48,449 bases of DNA, from NCBI GenBank assembly GCA_001768615.1, contig MELE01000041.1, positions 43,108 to 91,556 on the forward strand, written 5' to 3'. Positions within the stretch are counted from its first letter, which is position 1. The number at the start of each line of letters is the position of its first letter. The translations under genes and the position numbers were made by a program. Shown here one piece after another: positions 18,163 to 27,076 of the stretch. Under the pieces are notes generated by a model. That model did no database searches. It was not told the origin of the DNA and saw only the letters and a program-made list of their open reading frames with translations. This DNA comes from Acidobacteria bacterium RIFCSPLOWO2_12_FULL_67_14b. Its GTDB lineage: Bacteria > Acidobacteriota > Vicinamibacteria > Vicinamibacterales > UBA2999.

Positions 18163-18737
18163 TCAGAACGAAAACGCCAACGCGGCAAACGGCCCGATCA
18201 TCTCGAGGTCGGGATTGTGATCGCGCCCTTCCCGATGGTTGTTCGACAGGTGCAGGAAGCGCGCCCCGAAAACGGCATGGCCGTTCGATCCGATGCGGCG
18301 CATCATGCCGGCGCTCGCCTGGTAAAGGTAGTTGAACTTCGTGCCGTTAGGCGGCGTCGGCAGGTCTGACCACGAGATGCCGGGGCCTGTCTCCACGAAG
18401 GCGTTCCACGTTTCGCGGCCGGCGAACCGCCACCGCACCAGCGGCGAAAACCCTTGCACGAACGCGCCGGGCGTTTGCTGGAACACGCGCAGGTGGCAGA
18501 ACTCGACGCCGATGCCGAGGCCGTCCCTGACCGCGCCCCACAACGCGGCGGTCCCCTCGACGAGCGACTCGCGCCGCCCGTTCAGGTTCCAGCTTTCGAC
18601 CATCGGCGAAACCCGAATTCGACGCCCACCGTCCCTCGGCCGAAGGGATCCCGTGGCTGCCGCGCCTCCACGGAAACTCCGGCCGCCAGCATCAGCAGGG
18701 CGCCGGCCAGGGCCCGCCGGGCAACACCCTTCACCAT
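18163..18737 (-). pseudogene. PagL-like lipid A 3-O-deacylase / acyloxyacyl hydrolase beta-barrel, frameshifted near 18612
   Basis: The signal peptide MVKGVARRALAG... is in one frame, while the barrel with FLHLSN and a C-terminal Phe (LAFSF) is in another. One added G in GAATTCGGG restores EFGVSPMVESWN. Confidence 0.7.
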
Positions 18738-18756
18738 CCGGCATAGTATTGACCGG

Positions 18757-19095
18757 ATGCTTCGCGCCGCGACGCTCGCCGGCTTCATGCTGCTGCTGGC
18801 CTGCGGGGCCGCGGCGCAAGGGGTCGACTACAGCCTCGACGCCACCGTCACCTTCTACGGCGACAACACCGAGTTCTTCAATCCCTTCAGGAAAGGCGAG
18901 ACGATTCTCGGCGCGCCCGCGCTCGTCGGCGGCGAAGCCAGGACCAGCGATCGCCTCGCCATCCGCGCGCGGCTTCGACGATGTGCGCCCGGTGCTGGCG
19001 CTGGTGGTCGGCGGGCCGCGCTCGCGCCTGATCCTGGGGACGCTGGAGACCGTTCGCCGCGCGGGTCGGGTTGGACAGATAATGAAGGCGCATGA
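18757..19095 (+). pseudogene. Frameshifted and truncated exported/outer-membrane protein
   Basis: Signal peptide and FYGDNTEFFNPFR are protein-like up to about 18968. The plausible sequence continues in another frame (FDDVRPVLALVVG) and is cut off at the next gene. Confidence 0.5.
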
Positions 19096-19667
19096 AAGCG
19101 CGATCCTTCAGCCACGTCGGCATCACGGTCCGCGACTTCAACACCTTCGTCCGCTTCTACTGGGACGTGTTCGGATGCCCGCTGGTCGGCGTCTCGGACA
19201 CGCCGCCTGAGCGCGTCCGCAGCTTCTTCGGCGTGCAGCCGCCTGCCCTGAGCGACGCCGCCTCTCCAGGTGGAGGCGGCGGAGTCGAAGGGGCGCCCAG
19301 CTGCAAGATCGGCTGGATTCGCGTGCCCGGCGGCGCCGTGCTCGAGATCTTCGAGTTCCAGCCGCAGCAGCCGCACGTGCAGGGACCGTGGAACCGCGTC
19401 GGCCTCACCCACTTCAGCCTCAACGTCCGCGACACGCAGAAGTGGCACGACTATCTCGTGCGCAAGGGCGTCGAGATCGTGTCGAAGCCGGAGCGCTCCC
19501 CGCGCGGCCACACCTTCTTCTTTGCCAAAGACTGCGACGGCAACCTGATCGAGTTGATGGACCTCGGCTACATGCACTACGTCCTCGACTGGCTGGGCCC
19601 GCTCGGCGGGTTGCTGTTCAGGCGAGGGATGTACAAGCAGTACTACGAGACACACAGAGATTTCTAA
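19092..19667 (+). CDS. VOC/glyoxalase-family protein
   Basis: SHVGITVRD..FY, LEIFEF, GLTHFSLNV, FFAKDCDGNLIEL. Confidence 0.85.
   Translation: MKARSFSHVGITVRDFNTFVRFYWDVFGCPLVGVSDTPPERVRSFFGVQPPALSDAASPGGGGGVEGAPSCKIGWIRVPGGAVLEIFEFQPQQPHVQGPWNRVGLTHFSLNVRDTQKWHDYLVRKGVEIVSKPERSPRGHTFFFAKDCDGNLIELMDLGYMHYVLDWLGPLGGLLFRRGMYKQYYETHRDF
19242..19292 (+). repeat. CCTGCCCTGAGC...GTCGAAGGG element with an inner hairpin, in frame in the VOC gene
   Basis: 51 nt encoding PALSDAASPGGGGGVEG; inner stem CGCCGCCTC / GAGGCGGCG. Confidence 0.78.
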
Positions 19668-19751
19668 GAGGCCTGTCCACAAGATTCTGTGGCGTAAGCT
19701 CTCTTCGAAAAGTATTTAGAAAAAGAGTCTTCTCTGTCTCTGTGTCTGTGG
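19650..19751. repeat. AT-rich intergenic element with CACAGAGA ... TCTCTGTG inverted ends between convergent genes
   Basis: acacacagaga at the left, tctctgtctctgtgtctgtgg at the right. Confidence 0.5.
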
Positions 19752-19757
19752 CGTTGT

Positions 19758-20282
19758 TTACGTCGTTGGCCAGGTCTCGGTGGGCGGCTCAGGAACCGAC
19801 AGGAACTGGAACGCGAGGTTCGAAACCAGGCAGTACCCGACGAAATAGTAGAAGCCGGTCCCGATCACGGCATCCAGGTTGTCGGTGGCCTTCGACGCCA
19901 GATACGCGATGAAGACGCCGACCGCGAACACGTCGGCCATCGCCCACTTGCTCACCGACCTGACAAACAGGTAGAGGCGATACTTCGTTGCCGGCGACTT
20001 GAGCATCAGGATCGCGCCGAGCATCACGGCCTTGATGAGCGGCACGATGACGCTGAACAACAGCACGAGGCCGGCCACGAAGTAGTTGCCCGATTCGTAG
20101 AGGCTTCGCACCGCCTGCAGTACGTTCTGGGTCTGCCGGAAGATCTCCTTGTTGAAGACCGGAAGGGTCGCCGTGATGGTGAGCGCCGGCAGCCCCAGCC
20201 CGGGCACCAACAGGCCGAGCGAAACCAGCGTGAGGGCGATCGCCGCCTTGTTCCGTGTGCTCATGTGGGCAATCTCAGCCAT
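19758..20282 (-). CDS. Paraquat-inducible protein A (PqiA)-like membrane protein
   Basis: Four TM segments, FSVIVP..K, SKWAMADVF; alternative ATG at 20264. Confidence 0.78.
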   Translation of the reverse strand: MAEIAHMSTRNKAAIALTLVSLGLLVPGLGLPALTITATLPVFNKEIFRQTQNVLQAVRSLYESGNYFVAGLVLLFSVIVPLIKAVMLGAILMLKSPATKYRLYLFVRSVSKWAMADVFAVGVFIAYLASKATDNLDAVIGTGFYYFVGYCLVSNLAFQFLSVPEPPTETWPTT

Positions 20283-21482
20283 CTACCGCCGTGCGGCGTA
20301 GGCCTTGGACTGCTGCGCCACCAGGTCGAGCAGGTTCCCCATCGCGAGGTTGACGTCGACCAGGTGCAGGCCCCAGTTGGCGAGCGCCTTGCCGACGGCG
20401 CCGAGGTCGCCGGTGATGTCGTCGACGCGCGGGTCGGCGGGATTGCCGTTGACGGTGATCTCGAGGTAGGTCGCGTTCTCGTTGGCCGCGCACCTCGCGG
20501 TCAACAGGCCCGGCACGCTGACCCACGGCGTGTCGACCGTCTTGTCCGCGGCCCACGGCTTGATCGCGGCCGTGCCGGTGATGGTCCGTCCGGAATTCGA
20601 GAGGTACGCGCGCAGCGGCGCCGGACCGTCACCGAGCGTGACGGGGTTTGTGCACGAGCCCGAATTGGTGGCGGGATCCTGCGCCTTGCCGAACAGCGTA
20701 TTCGGCGGCGGCGTGACGGTCGATCGGAACGCCGAGAAGTTCACCACGCACCCGATCTGACCCGGCTTGCGGCAAAGCGGGATCTGCTTGAAGGCGCCGC
20801 CCACGTCCCTGCCCTTCGGCACTTCGAGGGTCGCGCCGAGGATCAACGCCGACACGAGCTGTTTCTGCACCGGCTTGCCTTCCACTTCCTGCCTGATCAG
20901 CTCCATCAGCACGTACGAGCCCTGCGAGTGGCCGATGATGACCACGCCGCGGCCCTGGTTGTCGTGCTGCAGGTACGACCGCCACGCGTCCCGCACATCG
21001 TCGAACTGCACGCCGCGCTCGAACGGCATGTTGGCGCCCGCCAGCCGCTTGCGCAAGCCGGTGAGCGTCAGCTGCCGGTATAGCGGCGCGTAGGTACGGC
21101 ACTTCGACGCGAACCGCGCGAACTGCTGGGCCACGACGTTCAGCTCCGCCGGGTCCGCCGTCATGTCGCTGTTGTCGGTCGGATCCGTCGAGATCGTCGG
21201 GTAGGCGTAGAAGCAGTCGATCGGCGCCTTGGGATCGGCGGTGAAGGTCTCGCGCGTCAAGGTGCCGTCGGCGGCCACCACCGTGGCCGTGAGATCGATG
21301 TCACACGCATCGCCCTTGCGCCCGGGCCGGCAGAGCCACGACTTGTCGTCGCGATAGTCGTTGGGCTTCGGCGCCTCTGCGGCGGCGGGCTGGGCCGTCG
21401 GGGCCGACTGCGCCAGCATCGTAGGTGTCGTGAACGCCCACGATGCCACTGCTACCAGAGCAAGAGCGATGCGTCGTGTCAT
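20283..21482 (-). CDS. DUF3089-family secreted alpha/beta hydrolase
   Basis: WLCRP, DCFYAYPT, YAPLYRQ, GHSQG, GLHLVD; good RBS. Confidence 0.82.
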   Translation of the reverse strand: MTRRIALALVAVASWAFTTPTMLAQSAPTAQPAAAEAPKPNDYRDDKSWLCRPGRKGDACDIDLTATVVAADGTLTRETFTADPKAPIDCFYAYPTISTDPTDNSDMTADPAELNVVAQQFARFASKCRTYAPLYRQLTLTGLRKRLAGANMPFERGVQFDDVRDAWRSYLQHDNQGRGVVIIGHSQGSYVLMELIRQEVEGKPVQKQLVSALILGATLEVPKGRDVGGAFKQIPLCRKPGQIGCVVNFSAFRSTVTPPPNTLFGKAQDPATNSGSCTNPVTLGDGPAPLRAYLSNSGRTITGTAAIKPWAADKTVDTPWVSVPGLLTARCAANENATYLEITVNGNPADPRVDDITGDLGAVGKALANWGLHLVDVNLAMGNLLDLVAQQSKAYAARR

Positions 21483-21573
21483 TACTGCTGTCCTCCCTTG
21501 TGACCAGCGTGCGAAGCGATAAGGACGCTACTCGGCAGTGTTGCCCTTGTCAATGGGTGTAAACTCCGCGGAG

Positions 21574-22005
21574 ATGAAAACCCTGGCATTCATGTTGGTC
21601 ATCGGCGCCACGCTGGTGCAGACGCCGGCCGCCCGTCCGCCGACGCGGAACGTCGGCACCATGAGCGACCTCATGGTGAAAATCATCTACCCCGCCTCGG
21701 ACGCGCTCTTCTACATCGAGTCGCGGACGCCGAAGACCGACAGCGAATGGACCGTGCTCGAAGGCCAGGCGCTGATGGTCGCCGAGTCGGCCAACCTGCT
21801 GATGCTGCCCGGCCGCGCGCGCGATCAGAAGCAGTGGCTGGCCGATTCAAAGCTCATGCTCGACGCCGGCGCCGCGGCCGTGTCCGCCGCAAAGGCGCAT
21901 GATGTCGCCGCCGTCGTGGCTCTGAGCGACCAGTTGCTGGAATCGTGCACCTCGTGCCACCGGCACTACAGGTCTGACTATGGAAAACCGAAGCCGCCGG
22001 GTTAG
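21574..22005 (+). CDS. Periplasmic class II (c'-like) cytochrome c
   Basis: Signal peptide, helical sequence, C-terminal CTSCH heme motif. Confidence 0.75.
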   Translation: MKTLAFMLVIGATLVQTPAARPPTRNVGTMSDLMVKIIYPASDALFYIESRTPKTDSEWTVLEGQALMVAESANLLMLPGRARDQKQWLADSKLMLDAGAAAVSAAKAHDVAAVVALSDQLLESCTSCHRHYRSDYGKPKPPG

Positions 22006-22492
22006 CCGGCTCGCGGCATTCGCCGTTGCGGTCACGCTCGCCGGTGCGGGCCCGGCGCTCGCGCAGGGAAGCGCCGTGGTCCTCTACACGTCCACGGAAC
22101 AGATCCCGTTGAAGGCGTACGCCGAGCTGCTTCGCTCCGGCGTGATGCGGCTCGCCAGCGGCGCCGTGAAGGACATCCCGGTAATCGCGGATTTCCGCAT
22201 GGTGCGGTGTTCGTTGACGGGCTGGCGGCCGGGTCGGGCGGTCGTCGCGTCGGAAGCGCTGTTCAAGAGCGAATACGCCGAGCGGCGCCTGCTGCCGATC
22301 GCCACGAGACAGATCGGCGTCACGGCCCTCGAGGTGCGCATCGCCGATCTGGAGAGTCCGGAAAAGATCGCCGAGCTGCTGGCCGCGGTTGGCGTGCCGG
22401 AAGGCGGAGAGACGGGCTACTTCTTCTTCACGCTGGCCGCCGACGGCCTCACACGCTACTACCCGTTCAAGTTCAAGCGGCCCGCCCGCTGA
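21980..22492 (+). CDS. Hypothetical secreted protein
   Basis: Signal peptide ending ALA-Q; host-like codon usage. Confidence 0.6.
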   Translation: MENRSRRVSRLAAFAVAVTLAGAGPALAQGSAVVLYTSTEQIPLKAYAELLRSGVMRLASGAVKDIPVIADFRMVRCSLTGWRPGRAVVASEALFKSEYAERRLLPIATRQIGVTALEVRIADLESPEKIAELLAAVGVPEGGETGYFFFTLAADGLTRYYPFKFKRPAR

Positions 22493-23945
22493 CACGCACG
22501 CGCCGCTTCACGCGCCGCCACGCCGCCGTCATCGTCGTCGTGCTCAGGAGCATGCCGCCAAGGCTCAGCACAATCACGACGATGTCCCAGAGGGGACGGC
22601 GATGGTAGAGGAACGGAAAGTCGAAGCTGTGGAGGCCGTGATAGAGCCAGCGGTTGAGGCGGCTGAGCGTCTCCTCCTTGCGGGCGATGGCGCCGCGTTT
22701 CGGATCCAGGTAGAGCCAGGTGTGCGGCGGATCGTGGTATCGCACGCGCAGCACCGGCAGCGATAACCGTCCGGCCCGATCGTAATAGTACGAATCGTAC
22801 CGGTCCATCCAGAGCACGCCGTCGATGCCGACGCCGCTCATGGCGTCACGGGCCGCGCCGAGCATTTCGTCGGCGTGCAGGGCCGGCTGCGGGCCCATCA
22901 CGGGATGCTCGACGGAGACGATCCCGGCCTCGGCCCGCAGGTAATAGCGGCCGCGGAAGCGCACGAGCTCGATTTCTTTCGGCATCGCGGGCGCGTACGC
23001 CGCCAGCGCGGGCCGCAGCTTCTCGAGGGGCACGTCGCTGAGGCGGATGGGGCCCTGCGACACGGCCTCGCGTTGCGCCCGGGTCGGCGTGGTCCCGGGG
23101 CTCCAATCCCACGGATCCATTGACAGCAGCCCGCTGAAGATCCACGTGATCGTGGTGGCGCCGAACACCAGACCGGCGTAGTGATGCCACCGCATCATCC
23201 CGGCGTAGGGCGATCGGTAGCGCCGGTTCCTGAGCCGGTAGCGCCGTAACGGAGCGTATCGCCAGAGGCCCCACCCCAGTCCCGCCAGCGACATCACCAC
23301 GCCGGCGATCGAGAGCCAGATGATCGATTGCGCCCACAGCGACGACTGGCGGCGGAACGGCGTGAAATAGACCCAGTGGAAGACGGCGCCGAGATAGCCC
23401 CATCGCCGTGTGCTCGCGGTCGACTTCATCACGACCTCGCCGCTGCGCTCGGCGACGTAAACCGTCGTGCCGTCGCGATCGCCGAGCGCGATCCGGTGCA
23501 CAGGCATCTGTCCGCGCACGGCGAACGTCCACTGGTCCGCATCCTCCAGGCGGGTGTCGTAGCGAATCGCCGCGGCCTCGCCGCCGGCAAAGGCGCGCGC
23601 GATCGCCAGGGCGCCACCGGCATTCACCGGCGCGAGCGGGTCGCCGGTATCAGCAAAGAACGTCCGGGCAGTGCCCGGCGCCGTGACGCGGAACACGGGC
23701 CGCGGGCCGAGGGTCGTGATGATGAGGCGCGTCGCGCCGGAAGCGATCGATCCGGGTTCGACCCGGATCGAGGCGGGGTCGAGCGGCGAGAGGCGGGCCA
23801 GCCGCTCCGCGGGATCGAGCGCGGGCATCCGCGCGTAGATCATGACGATCCCCGACGCGAACCAGACGAAGACGAGCGCGCCACCGGCGATGCCCAGCCA
23901 GCGGTGCGTATAGATGAGCGATCGGGCGACCCGATGCCGTCTCAC
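22473..23945 (-). CDS. PepSY-associated TM helix protein (iron-uptake associated)
   Basis: HRWLG, WFASG, HWVYF, WHHYAGL, RWLYHGLHSFDF. Confidence 0.85.
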   Translation of the reverse strand: MRRHRVARSLIYTHRWLGIAGGALVFVWFASGIVMIYARMPALDPAERLARLSPLDPASIRVEPGSIASGATRLIITTLGPRPVFRVTAPGTARTFFADTGDPLAPVNAGGALAIARAFAGGEAAAIRYDTRLEDADQWTFAVRGQMPVHRIALGDRDGTTVYVAERSGEVVMKSTASTRRWGYLGAVFHWVYFTPFRRQSSLWAQSIIWLSIAGVVMSLAGLGWGLWRYAPLRRYRLRNRRYRSPYAGMMRWHHYAGLVFGATTITWIFSGLLSMDPWDWSPGTTPTRAQREAVSQGPIRLSDVPLEKLRPALAAYAPAMPKEIELVRFRGRYYLRAEAGIVSVEHPVMGPQPALHADEMLGAARDAMSGVGIDGVLWMDRYDSYYYDRAGRLSLPVLRVRYHDPPHTWLYLDPKRGAIARKEETLSRLNRWLYHGLHSFDFPFLYHRRPLWDIVVIVLSLGGMLLSTTTMTAAWRRVKRRVRVSGRAA

Positions 23946-24016
23946 GACGCTCCCATTTTTCGAGGTTGTACCATAACCGGCGTGTTCGCGTACACTGATG
24001 CGGACGCGACCTCGCT

Positions 24017-24355
24017 ATGTGGACCCTTCAAGCCATCGATCCTCCTGATGCCTCGCTCACGTTTCGCTTGTTGCCGGGGACACTGAAGACCCTGGGACGG
24101 GCCCCGCGTGCCGACTTCGTCGTCGACGCCGCGCTCGTCTCGCGGGTGCATTGCCGGTTCGTCCTCAGCGAAGAGAATCAGCTCGCCATCGAAGACCTGG
24201 GCAGCACGAACGGCACCTACGTGAACGGCCGGAAGGTCGTGCGCAGCACGCTGAACGACGGCGACAAGATCAAGGTCGGCCGCGTCGAATTCCGCGTCAA
24301 TGCCGAGTCGAACGCGCAGCGCGGCGGCAATCCCAAGGCTACCTGGTCCTTGTAG
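24017..24355 (+). CDS. Stand-alone FHA-domain protein
   Basis: LGR, VSRVH, DLGSTNGTYVNG, LNDGDKIKVG. Confidence 0.9.
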   Translation: MWTLQAIDPPDASLTFRLLPGTLKTLGRAPRADFVVDAALVSRVHCRFVLSEENQLAIEDLGSTNGTYVNGRKVVRSTLNDGDKIKVGRVEFRVNAESNAQRGGNPKATWSL

Positions 24356-25007
24356 CGAGGTACTCGAGCACAAACGGATTGGTGCGCCGTTCGTGCCCGA
24401 TCGTCGTTTCGGGTCCGTGCCCCGGGAACACAGGCGCGGCGTCGTCGAAGGCAAACAACACCTCGGTGATCGACCGCATCAGCGTCTGGTAGTCGCTGCC
24501 GGGCAGATCGGATCGTCCGATCGAACCCGCAAACAGCGTGTCACCCACGAACAGGCTGGGCACCCCGGCGCCGGTCACGCCCGGCGTCACGACAAGACAC
24601 ACGCCGCCCGGCGCATGCCCTGGCGTGTGATGCACCGCGACGGCATGGTCGCCGAACCGGATCGGATCGGTACCCTCGTAATACCGATCCACGGGTGGCG
24701 GGGCCTCGACCTGCAGCCCGAACAGCGCCCCGGTCTTCACGGCGTTGTCGTAGAACACCTGATCGTCCCTGTGCAAGTGAACCGGCGCGCCCAGCGCCCG
24801 CTTCGCCCGCGCCACTCCCGACACGTGGTCGACATGCGCGTGCGTCAGCAGGATGTGCGTGACGTCGAGGCGCTCCGCCTTGACGAACGCCAGCAGCTGG
24901 TCGACCTCGTCTCCCGGGTCGATGAACACGGCTTTCCGGGTCCGCTCGCATCCGAGGATGAAGCCGTTCTTGAAAAACGGCCCGACCGCCGCGCTTTCGA
25001 GGATCAT
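24339..25007 (-). CDS. Metallo-beta-lactamase-fold hydrolase (glyoxalase II / YcbL-like)
   Basis: THAHVDH, TPGHAPG, GDTLFAGSIGRSD, PGHGPETT. Confidence 0.9.
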   Translation of the reverse strand: MILESAAVGPFFKNGFILGCERTRKAVFIDPGDEVDQLLAFVKAERLDVTHILLTHAHVDHVSGVARAKRALGAPVHLHRDDQVFYDNAVKTGALFGLQVEAPPPVDRYYEGTDPIRFGDHAVAVHHTPGHAPGGVCLVVTPGVTGAGVPSLFVGDTLFAGSIGRSDLPGSDYQTLMRSITEVLFAFDDAAPVFPGHGPETTIGHERRTNPFVLEYLATRTR

Positions 25008-25026
25008 CAGGGTAGGATAGCAGGCG

Positions 25027-25377
25027 ATGGTGATTGTGGCGGTCGACGACCTGATGTTCTCGTCGCGGATCTCGAGCGCGGCGAAGGCGCTGGGCGTGGA
25101 GATCGCGTTTGCCCGATCGCCCGAGGCCGTGGTGGCCGCCGTCCGGGAGCGATCGCCGCGCCTGGTGATCCTCGACCTGAACAGCCAGCGCGTGCGGCCG
25201 CTCGAAGCCGTGGCCGCGCTCAAGGCGGATGCCGCGCTGGCGTCGGTGCCGACCGTGGGGTTCGTCTCGCACGTGCAGGCGGACCTGATCGCGCAGGCGC
25301 GGGCGGCCGGCATCGATCAGGTGCTGGCGCGATCGGCATTCGTGCAGCAGCTGTCCGAGTTGCTGCAGGAGGCATGA
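25027..25377 (+). CDS. Atypical single-domain receiver (CheY-like) protein
   Basis: VAVDD, PRLVILDL, AR.AG.D; the conserved Lys appears replaced (VLARS). Confidence 0.7.
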   Translation: MVIVAVDDLMFSSRISSAAKALGVEIAFARSPEAVVAAVRERSPRLVILDLNSQRVRPLEAVAALKADAALASVPTVGFVSHVQADLIAQARAAGIDQVLARSAFVQQLSELLQEA

Positions 25378-26408
25378 TGCTGCCCACCGCCCTCGACGTC
25401 TACGACGCGCGGCGACGGCTGGCGCCGCACCTGCGGCCCACGCCGATGCTGCCGTCCTCCTGGTTGTCGTCGATCGCCGATGGCAGCGTTTTCCTCAAGC
25501 TCGAGTCGCTCAACCTGACGCACTCGTTCAAGATCCGGGGGGCGCTCAACGCGGCGTTGAAGCTGGTCGAGAATCACGACGACAAACCTTCCGCCTTCGC
25601 GCCTAGCGCTTCGGCGGACAAGGCAGGTTTGTCGCCACAAGCCCAGGGGTCGCCACAAGCCCAGACGCTGGTAACCGCATCGGCCGGCAACCACGGGCGG
25701 GCGCTCGCACTGGCGGCCGAGAAGCTCGGGCTCGCGTGTGTGGTCTTCACGCCCGAGAAGGCGCCCGAAGCGAAGAAGAACGCGATCCGCCGGCACGGAG
25801 CCGTCCTGCATGAGTGCGACGACTACGACGCGGCGGAAAAGCAGGCGCGCGAGTTCGCAGCGGCGGAGGGCGCGGTCTACATTTCGCCCTACAACCACCC
25901 GGACGTGATCGCCGGCGCGGGCACGGTCGGCCTCGACATCCTCGAGGCGATGCCGTCCTTCGAGGTCGTGGTCATCCCGCTGGGCGGCGGCGGGCTGTCG
26001 AGCGGCATGGGGCTGGTGATCAAGGCCGCCGCGCCGCAGGCCACCATCGTCGGCGTCGAGGTCGAAGCGTCCTCGCCGTTTACGCTCAGCCTCGAGGCCG
26101 GACGCATCACCGGGATCACGCCGAGACCATCGCTCGCGGATGGCCTGGTCGGCAACCTGGAGCCCGGATCGATCACGTTCCCGCTGGTGAAGCAGGTGGT
26201 CGACTACGTCGTCACGGTGAGCGAGGACGACCTGACGCGGGCCATGCGCGGGCTGGCCGCCGAGGAACACCTGATCGTCGAGGGCGCCGGCGCGGCGGCC
26301 ACGGCGGCGATCATGTCCGGCAAGGCGTCGGCGCCCGGCCAGCGGGTGATCGCGCTCGTCACCGGCGGCAACGTCGACTTGCCGAAGTGGCTGTTTGCCG
26401 TCAGTTGA
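25374..26408 (+). CDS. PLP-dependent threonine/serine dehydratase
   Basis: FLKLESL..THSFKIRGA, SAGNHG, PLGGGGL, EGAGA, TGGN; has a repeat-derived insert. Confidence 0.9.
   Translation: MMLPTALDVYDARRRLAPHLRPTPMLPSSWLSSIADGSVFLKLESLNLTHSFKIRGALNAALKLVENHDDKPSAFAPSASADKAGLSPQAQGSPQAQTLVTASAGNHGRALALAAEKLGLACVVFTPEKAPEAKKNAIRRHGAVLHECDDYDAAEKQAREFAAAEGAVYISPYNHPDVIAGAGTVGLDILEAMPSFEVVVIPLGGGGLSSGMGLVIKAAAPQATIVGVEVEASSPFTLSLEAGRITGITPRPSLADGLVGNLEPGSITFPLVKQVVDYVVTVSEDDLTRAMRGLAAEEHLIVEGAGAAATAAIMSGKASAPGQRVIALVTGGNVDLPKWLFAVS
25580..25664 (-). repeat. Nested palindromes (GACAAACC family with a CCGCCTTCGC element in its loop) plus a 16-bp direct duplication, in frame in the dehydratase
   Basis: CGACAAACCT [TCCGCCTTCGCGCCTAGCGCTTCGGCGGACAAGG] CAGGTTTGTCGCCAC; GTCGCCACAAGCCCAG occurs at 25631 and 25649. 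Confidence 0.8.
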
Positions 26409-26467
26409 CGAGGGTTCCTCACGGGGGTTCCTCACGAGGGTTCCTCACGAAGGTTCCACGGAGGTTC
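26409..26467 (+). repeat. 13-mer tandem array (CGAGGGTTCCTCA), 3 full and 2 degenerate units
   Basis: Direct reading of the sequence. Confidence 0.85.
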
Positions 26468-26469
26468 TA

Positions 26470-27015
26470 GTGATTGCGGGCCGGTTTCAACCGATCGAGG
26501 CATTCCGCGACGGGCTGCCGACAAAGGCGCGCGATCTGCAGACGGCGCAAACCGTGATGCTGCACCCGGTGGCTGAACTCGATCGCCGTTTGATCGGGAT
26601 TTTCCATCCGTCATTACTGACGGTATTCGACCTCGTCAATCACGAAGGCCAATGGCTTGCGGCCTGTGAGTTCGTTCCAGCACGGACGCTCGCGGCTGTG
26701 TTTGCGGGCGAGCCGTGCAACCCCAGGCGCGCCATTGAAATCGTCGCCGAGATCGCCGATGGCGTTGCCGAGTTGCATGCCCACGGCGTCAGCCACGGCG
26801 AGATCTCGAGCGCCAGCGTCCATCTCACGCTCAAAGGGAAAGCCAAGCTGTGCCTGACCACGGCACGAACCACCTCAGATCCGAGCCGCGACATTCAGGG
26901 CCTGCGACTTCTGCTCCACCAGATCGCGGGCCGGGCATTCCCAGAGCTGGTCGAAACGGAATCGGCACCGGTCCTAGCCGCACTGCTGAGGAACCTCCGT
27001 GAGGAACCTCCGTGA
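26470..27015 (+). CDS. Ser/Thr protein-kinase-fold protein lacking catalytic residues (pseudokinase)
   Basis: IAGRF, HPSLLTVFD, EFVPARTL, IADGVAELHAHGVSHGEIS (cf. HRDLKP), KAKL without DFG. Confidence 0.65.
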   Translation: MIAGRFQPIEAFRDGLPTKARDLQTAQTVMLHPVAELDRRLIGIFHPSLLTVFDLVNHEGQWLAACEFVPARTLAAVFAGEPCNPRRAIEIVAEIADGVAELHAHGVSHGEISSASVHLTLKGKAKLCLTTARTTSDPSRDIQGLRLLLHQIAGRAFPELVETESAPVLAALLRNLREEPP

Positions 27016-27076
27016 GGAACCTCCGTGAGGAACCCCCGTGAGGAACCCTCGTGAGGAACCTACGTGGGGAACCTAC
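26987..27076 (-). repeat. 13-mer tandem array (TGAGGAACCTCCG) x7, the inverted counterpart of 26409-26467
   Basis: TGAGGAACCCTCG is the exact reverse complement of CGAGGGTTCCTCA. Confidence 0.88.

Noticed and set aside
24300-25373. Long N-terminal extensions in the ORF track (702-aa dehydratase, 530-aa MDH-like, 488-aa HpnC, 367-aa CpaE-like)
   Set aside because: The extensions overlap other genes or promoter regions and are low-complexity; starts were reassigned to the domain boundaries.
26409-27076. Possible CRISPR array
   Set aside because: The units are 13-nt head-to-tail repeats with no unique spacers, and no cas genes are present.
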